From: an uncultured Bacteroides sp. | GTDB taxonomy: Bacteria; Bacteroidota; Bacteroidia; Bacteroidales; Bacteroidaceae | NCBI GenBank assembly: GCA_900766195.1 | Contig: CAAFUN010000147.1 | Location: 1,693 to 65,692, forward strand | Length of the DNA stretch: 64,000 nucleotides | Reading direction: 5' to 3' | In this document: in pieces, positions 10,946 to 20,915 of the stretch | How positions within the stretch are numbered: position 1 is the first letter of the stretch | Layout of the letters: every line of letters begins with the position of its first letter | Program-made: the position numbers and the translations under genes | The notes under the pieces: generated by a model | Database searches by the model: none | What the model saw: only the letters and a program-made list of their open reading frames with translations | Told to the model about the DNA's origin: nothing

Positions 10946-11611
10946 ATGAGGGAATTTATCATTGCAGACAATCAGGATATTACCAAAGCAGGAATGATGT
11001 TTTTTCTGAGTAACCTCAAAGAAATGACATTGCTGCAGGAAGCTGACAATAAATCGGAACTAATACAGCAACTTCGATTACATTCTCAGGCTGTAGTTGT
11101 GTTGGACTATACGCTTTTGGACTTCTCGGGTTGTGAAGAACTACTTGTCTTGCATGAAAGATTTAAAGACGTCGACTGGCTTCTATTTTCTGATGATTTG
11201 AGCATCGGCTTTCTTAGACAAGTCCTTTTCAGCAGCAATGCCTTTAGCGTGGTATTAAAAGACAGCAGTAAGGAAGAAATACAGACGGCTCTACAATGCG
11301 CCTCAAAGAAAAAGCGTTTTATTTGCAATGCCATTAGTAATCTGCTCCTTACAACTAATCCCAACACTTCATCGCCATCTCATCAAACAATTAAAGATAA
11401 TCTGCTTACTCCTACTGAGAGAGTTATTCTGAAGGAAATAGCTTTAGGCAAAACCACCAAAGAGATTGCAGCAGAAAAGAACATCAGCTTTCATACCGTA
11501 AATAGTCATCGCAAAAATATCTTCCGAAAGATAGGAGTGAATAATGCGCATGAAGCTACAAAATACGCTATGAAAGCCGGTATTGTAGATCTTGTAGAAT
11601 ACTATATATAG
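10946..11611 (+). CDS. NarL/LuxR-family response regulator
   Basis: Receiver domain (IIADNQ, VVVLDY) and [22 protein letters not shown]...[21 protein letters not shown] 10946 preferred to the GTG at 10901, which lies in the promoter. Confidence 0.9.
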   Translation: MREFIIADNQDITKAGMMFFLSNLKEMTLLQEADNKSELIQQLRLHSQAVVVLDYTLLDFSGCEELLVLHERFKDVDWLLFSDDLSIGFLRQVLFSSNAFSVVLKDSSKEEIQTALQCASKKKRFICNAISNLLLTTNPNTSSPSHQTIKDNLLTPTERVILKEIALGKTTKEIAAEKNISFHTVNSHRKNIFRKIGVNNAHEATKYAMKAGIVDLVEYYI

Positions 11612-12666
11612 ATTTCTCCGCTACCAATACAGAGTTTTGATGCTTCATCATACACTACGCCGAATTGTCCGGGTGCAATACCTTGAAGCTTCTCAGTAGA
11701 AGTAATACGAAAACCTCCATCGGGCTCATGAGTTAGTTTACCCTTAGTAAAATCTGGAGTATGCCTGATCTTAAAGGTTACGTCAACCTCTTCTTCTCCT
11801 TTCCACGGATTATCGGTGATAAAGTGGAAATCGTGCATCTTGAATTCATTGCCATATTGCATCTCGGTGTCATAACCTTTGGATACATAGAGCACATTAT
11901 TCTCAATATCTTTGCGCACAACAAACCACGGTCCGCCACTCAGCCCTAAGCCTTTGCGTTGTCCGATGGTATGGAACCAATATCCCTTATGAGTGCCTAT
12001 CTTCTTACCGGTCTCCAGTTCTACAATGGCTCCTTCTTGTTCACCAAGAAAGCGACGTACAAAGTCATTATAGTTGATTTTACCCAAGAAACAAATGCCC
12101 TGACTATCACGTCTCCGTGCCGTAGGCAATGCTGCACGCACTGCAATGTCACGCACCTCTTGTTTCATTAGATCACCAAGCGGAAACATTAATTTAGATA
12201 CTTGCAGGTAATCTATCTGCGCCAGAAAGTCCGTTTGATCTTTTATGGGATCAACAGCAGTACCCAGCCACACCTTACCGTCCTTATTCACCGTAGTGGC
12301 ATAATGACCGGTAGCCGTAAAATCAAACTCTTTGCCGACCTTTTGTTCAAAGCAACCGAACTTGATGAACTTATTGCACATCACATCAGGGTTGGGTGTT
12401 AATCCGCGACGGATTTTATCAATAGCATAAGCTGCTACCTGATCCCAATACTCCTTTTGCAGATCGACCATTTCCAAAGGAAGACCGTAGCGGTGGGCAA
12501 CAGCAGTAGCCATCTCCCAATCTTCCTCGGCAGCACAATCCATATAATCAACGCCGTCCATCCCTATTTTAATATAAAACAGAGATGGGCGGTAACCTTT
12601 TTCACATAGAAGATGTGCGACAACTGAACTGTCCACACCTCCCGACAACAACAAAGCTATATCCAC
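11602..12666 (-). CDS. mnmA: tRNA 2-thiouridine(34) synthase MnmA
   Basis: [44 protein letters not shown]. Likely start is GTG at 12666 because the upstream TTG falls in a TACTTTTG -7 box. Confidence 0.95.
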   Translation of the reverse strand: MDIALLLSGGVDSSVVAHLLCEKGYRPSLFYIKIGMDGVDYMDCAAEEDWEMATAVAHRYGLPLEMVDLQKEYWDQVAAYAIDKIRRGLTPNPDVMCNKFIKFGCFEQKVGKEFDFTATGHYATTVNKDGKVWLGTAVDPIKDQTDFLAQIDYLQVSKLMFPLGDLMKQEVRDIAVRAALPTARRRDSQGICFLGKINYNDFVRRFLGEQEGAIVELETGKKIGTHKGYWFHTIGQRKGLGLSGGPWFVVRKDIENNVLYVSKGYDTEMQYGNEFKMHDFHFITDNPWKGEEEVDVTFKIRHTPDFTKGKLTHEPDGGFRITSTEKLQGIAPGQFGVVYDEASKLCIGSGEIYI

Positions 12667-12733
12667 TTTACAACATAAATATTTCTGCAAAAGTAGTGAT
12701 TATATCCCGAAAAAACAATCTACTCTACCCCAT

Positions 12734-14020
12734 TTATATTTTAGCCAAAGCCTGATCAAGGTCGGCTATAAGATCGTCAATATGCTCAGTACCAATAGAT
12801 AAGCGAACGGTACTTTGCTTAATCCCCTGGTCTTCCAACTCGGCATCACTCAACTGAGAGTGTGTAGTGGTAGCCGGATGAATGACGAGTGATTTCACGT
12901 CCGCCACATTAGCCAGCAAAGAGAATATCTCCAGACTATCGATGAAACGATGAGCTTCTTGCTGTCCGCCTTTTATTTCGAAGGTAAAGATAGATCCTGC
13001 ACCTTTGGGGAAATACTTTTTATACAAAGCATAATCCGGGCTTTCGGGCAGAGAAGGATGGTGTACTTCGGCCACTTTAGGATGATTCTTTAAATAATCC
13101 ACCACCTTCAGCGCATTCTCCACATGACGTTCCACACGTAGAGACAATGTCTCCAAGCCCTGCAAAAGGATGAAAGCGTTGAACGGACTGATAGCCGCAC
13201 CAGTATCACGCAATAAGATAGCACGGATGCGCACAGCATAAGCAGCAGGACCGGCAGCCTCAACAAAACGCACACCATGATAGCTTGGATCAGGTTCGCT
13301 CAACTGCGGGAACTTACCGGAAGCCACCCAGTCGAACTTACCACCATCTACAATTACACCTCCCAATGAACTGCCATGTCCACCGATAAACTTTGTAGCA
13401 GAATGTACTACAATATCAGCGCCATGCTCTATAGGACGAATGAGGTAAGGCGTGCCGAATGTATTGTCAACAATTAAAGGAATACGATGGCGATGAGCTA
13501 TTTCAGCCACAGCCTCTATATTAATGATATTGGAATTAGGATTACCCAATGTCTCAATAAATATTGCTTTGGTATTATCCTTAATTGCTTTTTCAAAATT
13601 AGATACGTCTGTAGGGTCTACAAAAGTAGCCGTCACGCCATAAGTAGGCAAAGTGTGTGCCAGCAGATTATACGTTCCTCCGTAAATTGTCTTGGCCGAA
13701 ACAATGTGATCTCCTGCACGGGTAATGTTCTCAAAAGCATATGTTATGGCAGCAGCGCCAGATGCTACGGCAAGACCTGCCACTCCACCTTCTAAAGCTG
13801 CTACACGAGTTTCGAAAACTCCTTGCGTGGAATTTGTCAGACGTCCATATATATTTCCCGGATCTTGCAGACCAAAACGGGCAGCAGCGTGCGCTGAGTT
13901 ACGAAATACATATGAAGTAGTTTGATATATTGGCACCGCACGGGCATCTGTTGCCGGATCCGGTTGTTCTTGACCCACATGTAATTGTAGTGTTTCGAAG
14001 TGTAATTTTTTTGTTTCCAT
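12734..14020 (-). CDS. metY: O-acetylhomoserine aminocarboxypropyltransferase (OAH/OAS sulfhydrylase)
   Basis: PIYQTTSY, DNTF, PLP lysine in HSATKFIGGHG, LANVADVKSLVIHPATTTHSQL, RLSIG. Confidence 0.92.
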   Translation of the reverse strand: METKKLHFETLQLHVGQEQPDPATDARAVPIYQTTSYVFRNSAHAAARFGLQDPGNIYGRLTNSTQGVFETRVAALEGGVAGLAVASGAAAITYAFENITRAGDHIVSAKTIYGGTYNLLAHTLPTYGVTATFVDPTDVSNFEKAIKDNTKAIFIETLGNPNSNIINIEAVAEIAHRHRIPLIVDNTFGTPYLIRPIEHGADIVVHSATKFIGGHGSSLGGVIVDGGKFDWVASGKFPQLSEPDPSYHGVRFVEAAGPAAYAVRIRAILLRDTGAAISPFNAFILLQGLETLSLRVERHVENALKVVDYLKNHPKVAEVHHPSLPESPDYALYKKYFPKGAGSIFTFEIKGGQQEAHRFIDSLEIFSLLANVADVKSLVIHPATTTHSQLSDAELEDQGIKQSTVRLSIGTEHIDDLIADLDQALAKI

Positions 14021-14151
14021 TGTCCTTTTTTTTTAATTTGTTATGTTGGTTACAAAGATAGAATGCTTTATATCAACAAGCAATGACAAGATATGGGGAT
14101 TTTTCTACCATAATTATGGTAGAAAACGAATATTTCAATAAATTTGCAGCT

Positions 14152-15513
14152 ATGAAAGCAAAAAATATATTGATATTCATAATAGGAAGTCTGTTTATAC
14201 CATTATATCTGGCTTCTTGTGGAGAAGACCGATGGCCTGAATATGCACAGCAGACAAGGACTGACAGTTGGATAGATGATACTATGCGCGTGTGGTATTA
14301 TTGGAATGAGGATATCCCCAGTTCAAAAACTTTAAATTATTTTTCTGCACCAAGTGTATTTTTTAAATCTCTTCTTTCAAAGCAAGACAAATTCTCAACA
14401 ATAGATAGCATAGCAACATCTAGCAGCCGTAGTCTAATAAAACCGGAATACGGATATGGCATTCAATTTGCATTAGATCAGGTGAAGAATAACGACACAG
14501 CTTATTATGCACGCGTTCTTTATGCCGTACATAATTCTCCTGCCTCAGATGCTAACCTTGACCGGGGAAAATGGATTATGGCTCTCAATAACCAGCCCAT
14601 TACCAAGAAGAATTATGCTCAGCTTTTTGGAGGGAATGGTATGAGTCTCACCGTGGGGCATTATGATGCAGATAAGGATACCATCGTTGCCTATAATGGT
14701 TCTGTGGCTTTGTCAGCGTCAACATCTCTTAATGACAATCCGGTGTACTATTGTAATACCTATATAAAAGGCAATAATCGGATAGGCTATCTGGTATATA
14801 ACAGATTTAGCCCAGGATCTTATGATAATGCCACTCAATACGACCAGGCGCTACTTGAGGCATCAAAGTATTTTGCAGGTCAAAATATAAATCAGCTCAT
14901 ATTAGATTTACGCTATAATAACGGTGGAAGCTTAGGTTCTGCACAGTTGCTATGTACCATTTTGGCACCATCAGACAAGTTAGGCAGCCAATTAGGATAT
15001 CTGGAATTCAACAAAAAGATCACTCCACGGGAGCAATCTTTCATGCTGGATAAATCTCTTATTACTAATGGATCTAATCTAAACCTCAACACATTATATG
15101 TATTGACAAGTAGTGAAACAGCATCTGCTTCGGAAATGGTGATTAACTGTTTAAAGCCGTATATGTCTGAAATTGTCTTGATCGGACAAAAGACAGTAGG
15201 TAAGAATGTAGGTTCTAAGACGTTTGTCAACACAGAGCTACAAATTGCAATCAGTCCGATTGTTTGTAAGGTGTACAATTCAAAAAGCAGCTCTGATTAC
15301 AGCAGTGGTTTCACTCCTGATTATCCACTAAGTGAAAGCAGCAATCTCAGTACCTACCTTCCTTTTGGCAATGAGAATGAAACATTACTAGCCAAAGCAC
15401 TTAGCATTATAACAAATACAAATTCTAGTGTCAGTGGCAAGCAGTCTTTTAAAGTTACTCCTATCTTGAATTCAATTTCACGGAAGGCAACCCGCGCTGT
15501 AAGAATAGACTAG
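14152..15513 (+). CDS. S41-family peptidase lipoprotein (PDZ plus tail-specific protease domain)
   Basis: Lipobox LASC; LILDLRYNNGG, TASASE catalytic Ser, TVGK. Start placed at MKAKN, downstream of a TAAATTTG -7 box. Confidence 0.9.
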   Translation: MKAKNILIFIIGSLFIPLYLASCGEDRWPEYAQQTRTDSWIDDTMRVWYYWNEDIPSSKTLNYFSAPSVFFKSLLSKQDKFSTIDSIATSSSRSLIKPEYGYGIQFALDQVKNNDTAYYARVLYAVHNSPASDANLDRGKWIMALNNQPITKKNYAQLFGGNGMSLTVGHYDADKDTIVAYNGSVALSASTSLNDNPVYYCNTYIKGNNRIGYLVYNRFSPGSYDNATQYDQALLEASKYFAGQNINQLILDLRYNNGGSLGSAQLLCTILAPSDKLGSQLGYLEFNKKITPREQSFMLDKSLITNGSNLNLNTLYVLTSSETASASEMVINCLKPYMSEIVLIGQKTVGKNVGSKTFVNTELQIAISPIVCKVYNSKSSSDYSSGFTPDYPLSESSNLSTYLPFGNENETLLAKALSIITNTNSSVSGKQSFKVTPILNSISRKATRAVRID

Positions 15514-15637
15514 AAAGGAGCATTTTGCTGAGAGCATCACAGCTCTATAGATTGCAACGAGTTGGTGTATTTCGTTCAGAGACTATAAATTCAGCCTATC
15601 TGAAATGAATTACAAACAAGAGTTTTTTCGTGTTTTA

Positions 15638-15738
15638 TCCTACACCCTACACTGATTTCTGTAAACTACTGATTTTAAATGTAATACACCCCATTTTTAG
15701 CGTGTAGGATGGTGTGTAGGATTGCTGTAATCCTACAC
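15638..15738. repeat. Iteron-like cluster of (T)CCTACAC in direct and inverted orientation
   Basis: Forward copies 15638, 15646; AT-rich spacer; inverted copies 15702, 15714; forward copy 15731. Confidence 0.75.
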
Positions 15739-16202
15739 GCTTTTTTTCTTAATTTGCGACTCTTATCCTTCGTATTTTTTTCATATTGGAATATGACATA
15801 GGCTATAAACTTGCTCTTTGAAGATGCAGTAACAAATTGTATTACAACGATTATCAGTATCAAGACATTGTCTATATCATAGTATCCGTCTAACTACTTC
15901 TTATGAAATAATTTAACTCTATCATTCACTTTATAATGAATTTCAATTCTGCCAAAAATGCTGTTTAATCGCTCATTTTTGCCCTAATTCTTCACTAATT
16001 TGTTTCAATTGGCTTAAAAAACACTCATCTTGAACGGCAATATGTATCAATGCATTGCATTTACAACTTAAACATTGAACTATTACGCAATAATAAGTGC
16101 CATGTTTTTGACTATAATACCTTAAAGAGAATAGGAAATCAGCATAAGAAAAACACCACTTTAACTCTTATCTTTTGTCTCCATTGCAATAGCATAACTC
16201 AA

Positions 16203-16286
16203 GATCGCGCACGGGATCCAAACAGCTCCCGCACCGGATCCGGCCGGTTCCGCTATCGGATCCGGAAAGATCACGTTCGGGAATCC
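16203..16286. repeat. GC-rich intergenic array with 22-bp period (GGATCC core)
   Basis: GGATCC at 16214, 16236, 16258 and variant GGAATC at 16280; interleaved gNtc at 16203, 16225, 16247, 16269. Confidence 0.8.
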
Positions 16287-16729
16287 AAGTTATACTTATA
16301 GGAAAAGGTAATTATTCAATATGCATAGCTATATTATACTTCGTGCAAAGCAACAAAAAGATAGTGCTGAAACAGTGAATTCAAGGGTTATTCCGGCGCA
16401 AGAGATAATTTATAGTAAAGAAGATATAACGTCAAAAATGATGCAGCAAATGCAGACTACGAATCTTTTAATGCAGAAATAAAGATGTGAAAAAACACAG
16501 TTAAGAGAAGCCGGAAATGTGACGTCCTTTTTATTCAGATTATTAAAAATTTATGCTTAAACTTTCAAGCACTTCGAATTTCCGTATGATAAGCTAAAAA
16601 GATGATAATCATCTCTTATACAAGCTAGATAGGAGCTATTGATACGTCAATGTATGAGCAAAAGAATTAGAACAGGTTTTCTTCCGTGTCCTATTGATAA
16701 ATCGAAGAGTTTTTTCTATTTTTGTGCAT

Positions 16730-16811
16730 GCTTTCTTTTAAAATCGGTGGCGAACATAAGGTGAACTGTCCAAATTAACCCTGCTACCGGTTTTGGGAGA
16801 AAGCTTTTTTT
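16730..16811 (+). ncRNA. Candidate ~80-nt hairpin small RNA
   Basis: TATTTTTG -7 box at 16717-16724; uninterrupted 23-bp stem (16730-16752 with 16782-16804) containing six G-U pairs that form only on the + strand; U7 tail. Confidence 0.55.
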
Positions 16812-16895
16812 ATCTACTAACTTTGAACCGTTAATCCTGAACAAAAGTCACTGATAAAAAATACTTTCTCGCCTACCCTAACCTACCCAATTTAA

Positions 16896-17261
16896 CTATA
16901 GTGCAAAATATCCATATAGATACTTCGTTGCTTGCTTTAACTCTACTTTATAGCTGCCGACTCCCAACCCCATTATAGAATAGACATATTCTGTGCCTGC
17001 ATAAGCTGTAATATAACTGTCATACTTTATATTACCTGCTAAGTCCGAAATGATAATTTCAAGATTATCTAACGTTACCGACGAATCAATAAGAATGGCA
17101 TTACCATATAAATATAATGTGGGAACATCACTATCAAGTGAACGTGTTGTCGGACGCCATCCACCTGTCTCTAAAGAAATCTCATTCTTCTCTGTATTTG
17201 ACTGCGCAAAAACAAAACACAAGCTAAATAATAATATAAGAAGCGACAAAGTTCTTTTCAT
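16896..17261 (-). CDS. DUF3244-family small exported protein
   Basis: Signal peptide, RS...P motif, Ig-like body ending GSYKVEL...YLYGYF; usual position downstream of a TPR sensor. Confidence 0.8.
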   Translation of the reverse strand: MKRTLSLLILLFSLCFVFAQSNTEKNEISLETGGWRPTTRSLDSDVPTLYLYGNAILIDSSVTLDNLEIIISDLAGNIKYDSYITAYAGTEYVYSIMGLGVGSYKVELKQATKYLYGYFAL

Positions 17262-17278
17262 ATCTTCAGAATTTTGTC

Positions 17279-17346
17279 CAAAGGTAAAGAACCTACAAAT
17301 AACCTATAAGAAAATCATTTCACAAAAATTTCACAAATGCTTTACA
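17279..17346 (-). promoter_or_regulatory. Promoter of the DUF3244 gene with three 11-bp-phased TGTGAAA-like repeats
   Basis: TACCTTTG -7 box (17279-17286, minus strand); tttcaca 17318, tttcaca 17329, ctttaca 17340. Confidence 0.6.
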
Positions 17347-17395
17347 GGTGTTTTAAGAGAGGGAAAATGCAGTATAAACGTCGTTCAGAAGGTAT

Positions 17396-19144
17396 TTACA
17401 ACTCTATGATTTTTTTATCAAACTCCTCAGGCTTACCTTTTATCTGAAAGATTTTCTGGTTTAGTCTCCGACGTATCATACTAATACCTGAGTTTGAAGA
17501 ACAAACGATATCACTAATTTGGGTAGGACTCAATCCTATTTTGATCAACAGGCACACCCTAATTTCTTTTTCATTAATTGAAGGATATAATTCTATCAAG
17601 CGGTTTGTAAAGCCGGAATAAGCTTCATCAACAAGTAGGGTCAATTGATAAAAATCATCGTCAGAAGCTTTTTGCCGTAACTTTGCCAACTGATAAAACT
17701 TCAAATAAACCGATGATGTCTTCAAACGCTGCAGAAGGATTATCTGTTTTTCAGCTACAGCCTCTATTCTGCGATTCTCACCCAGTAAAGAATCTTTCTC
17801 CAGCAGAATTAAACGCTTTTGCAGATTGTCATTCTGTACTTGCGATGATGATAACTGATTTTTTAATATATCAATCCTTTCACTATTCTCTAATAGCTTT
17901 TGTCGACTATTTTGTTCCATATCGGACAAAACTCTTTTCAAACGCTCTTCCTGGTTATAGTATTGAAGTCTTTTATTTCGCAAGCGATGAAAAACAAGTA
18001 AAATCGCTATGATAAAAACAGCAGAAGTTACAATTCCAATCAGCCGTAAAGAGAATGCTTTTTCTTTCAACAAGCGGTTTTCCTGCTCTATATGCAGCTT
18101 GTTACTCAATTCTTTTATAAGGTTTTCATTGTTTATACTTTCCTTTTTAGTCAAAGTATCGGCTATTGAAGTCTGCTTATCCAAAAAAGAAAAAGCTCGT
18201 TTGTAGTCTCCCTTATCGGCATATATATGGGCTAATGGCAAAATAGCAGCTCTAAGCACGTATGGATCTTGAGACTCCAAGCTCTTATTATAAAAATAGA
18301 TAGCAGAATCTATCCGGCTAACCTCTTGATAATAATTACCCCAGCATATATAGTGTAGATATAAGTTTCCAGAATCCGAAAGGCCGTTTCCTTGTATTAG
18401 AGCACGTTTGGTTTTATCATAGTCCTTATTCTTTTGATAATAGATAGCCGCCTCTCCCATCACCATTTTATACAAGAAATCCTGACCGGTCTTACGGGCA
18501 ACAGATGCAGCATATTCGTAATAAGCCAGACCTTTTTTCATTTCTCGACGAGCACAATAATTCCGTCCGATATCTCTCAATGCAAAGACTTCAATAGACC
18601 TATTCTTTGCCAATCTAGCATAATAGTAGCTTTGATAAAAGAAGGGTAACGCTTCTTGATACATACCTTTATACATATACATATAAATATGCCCGATGTG
18701 ATTACCAGCCCTTGCCCGAACAATATAGGTTGTCGTATCGTCCTCACATTCCGTATCCAATGCTTTTCTAAATGCACCTAAAGCTTCTCCTGTAAACTGC
18801 ATATCATTATAAACCCTCCCTAAAAGATAATAAGCTTTCATTCTTTGAAACGGAGTACCATGACGCTCATAATAGGCAACAGCCGACAGCATTGCCGAAT
18901 CTGAAGTATGATTGATATAGCATTTGTCATCCGCCTCGGTAAAGAGCAGGGTATATTTCATTCGGTCGGATTTACCAGCAGCATTAACCTTGTCTTTCAG
19001 GCGAAGCAACAAAGTGCGGGCACTATCGGGATGGATCTCCATCAACTGCTCTGCCTGAGACAATTCAGGTTGTAGTCTTATCTTCTTCTGCTCACAACTC
19101 GCAATAAATAACAGTAGTATAGCCAGTATAATATATTTTTGCAT
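17396..19144 (-). CDS. TPR-repeat membrane sensor with C-terminal HTH (one-component regulator)
   Basis: Start MQKYIIL with lipobox-like IASC; TPR repeats (AYYLLGRVY); one TM helix; coiled coil; C-terminal EIRVCLLIKIGLS...ISMIRRRL HTH. Confidence 0.85.
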   Translation of the reverse strand: MQKYIILAILLLFIASCEQKKIRLQPELSQAEQLMEIHPDSARTLLLRLKDKVNAAGKSDRMKYTLLFTEADDKCYINHTSDSAMLSAVAYYERHGTPFQRMKAYYLLGRVYNDMQFTGEALGAFRKALDTECEDDTTTYIVRARAGNHIGHIYMYMYKGMYQEALPFFYQSYYYARLAKNRSIEVFALRDIGRNYCARREMKKGLAYYEYAASVARKTGQDFLYKMVMGEAAIYYQKNKDYDKTKRALIQGNGLSDSGNLYLHYICWGNYYQEVSRIDSAIYFYNKSLESQDPYVLRAAILPLAHIYADKGDYKRAFSFLDKQTSIADTLTKKESINNENLIKELSNKLHIEQENRLLKEKAFSLRLIGIVTSAVFIIAILLVFHRLRNKRLQYYNQEERLKRVLSDMEQNSRQKLLENSERIDILKNQLSSSQVQNDNLQKRLILLEKDSLLGENRRIEAVAEKQIILLQRLKTSSVYLKFYQLAKLRQKASDDDFYQLTLLVDEAYSGFTNRLIELYPSINEKEIRVCLLIKIGLSPTQISDIVCSSNSGISMIRRRLNQKIFQIKGKPEEFDKKIIEL

Positions 19145-19462
19145 TAGCAAGTGGATTATAGATCGTAAAAATACATTTTTTGTAATAGAGCAACAGCAGT
19201 TTTTGCATTTATTATTAGAGTAAACATATAAAGTTTTGAAGCAGAAGTAGAAATGAGATAAGATCTCAACAGAGGAAACACAGTGACACAGCCGAAGAAG
19301 CGCGTAATTCATGAAAGAACAAGAGAAAAAGAGTATTAAAACAAGCGTTAATGCAAAGATTTATTCCGAAAATTTATTTTTAAACAATCTAAATAACATT
19401 AACTTGTGAGTATGCCTGCAAAGCAGTATCTTTGGCAATGAATTAAGTATTAGGTGGTTTGA

Positions 19463-20800
<1,338 letters not shown>

Positions 20801-20859
20801 TACTAAAGAAATTCTATTTGACACCATCATAAGTGTTAGTAGAATAATTGTTGTGTAAC

Positions 20860-20898
20860 AGTAAGGGCGAACCGTGACGGTCCGCCCTTACTTCTTTT
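20860..20898. terminator. Intrinsic terminator between convergent eno and GH3 genes
   Basis: agtaagggcg / cgcccttact stem with T-rich tail. Confidence 0.75.
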
Positions 20899-20915
20899 GT
20901 AACCTAAACCAACAA

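Noticed and set aside
14021..14151. SAM riboswitch or phase-variable homopolymer upstream of metY
   Set aside because: Only ~130 bp are shared by divergent promoters with no aptamer-like structure; the A run before the start fits normal Bacteroides translation leaders.
15638..15738. Invertible promoter (phase variation)
   Set aside because: Inverted repeats are only 7-8 bp, no clear -7 box lies between them, and no recombinase or target gene is adjacent.
15675..16301. Short ORFs 15675-15863 and 16050-16301
   Set aside because: They cross repeat arrays and show no protein-like motifs.
19145..19312. 56-aa N-terminal extension of the TPR gene
   Set aside because: A good signal peptide begins at ATG 19144; the extension looks non-coding.
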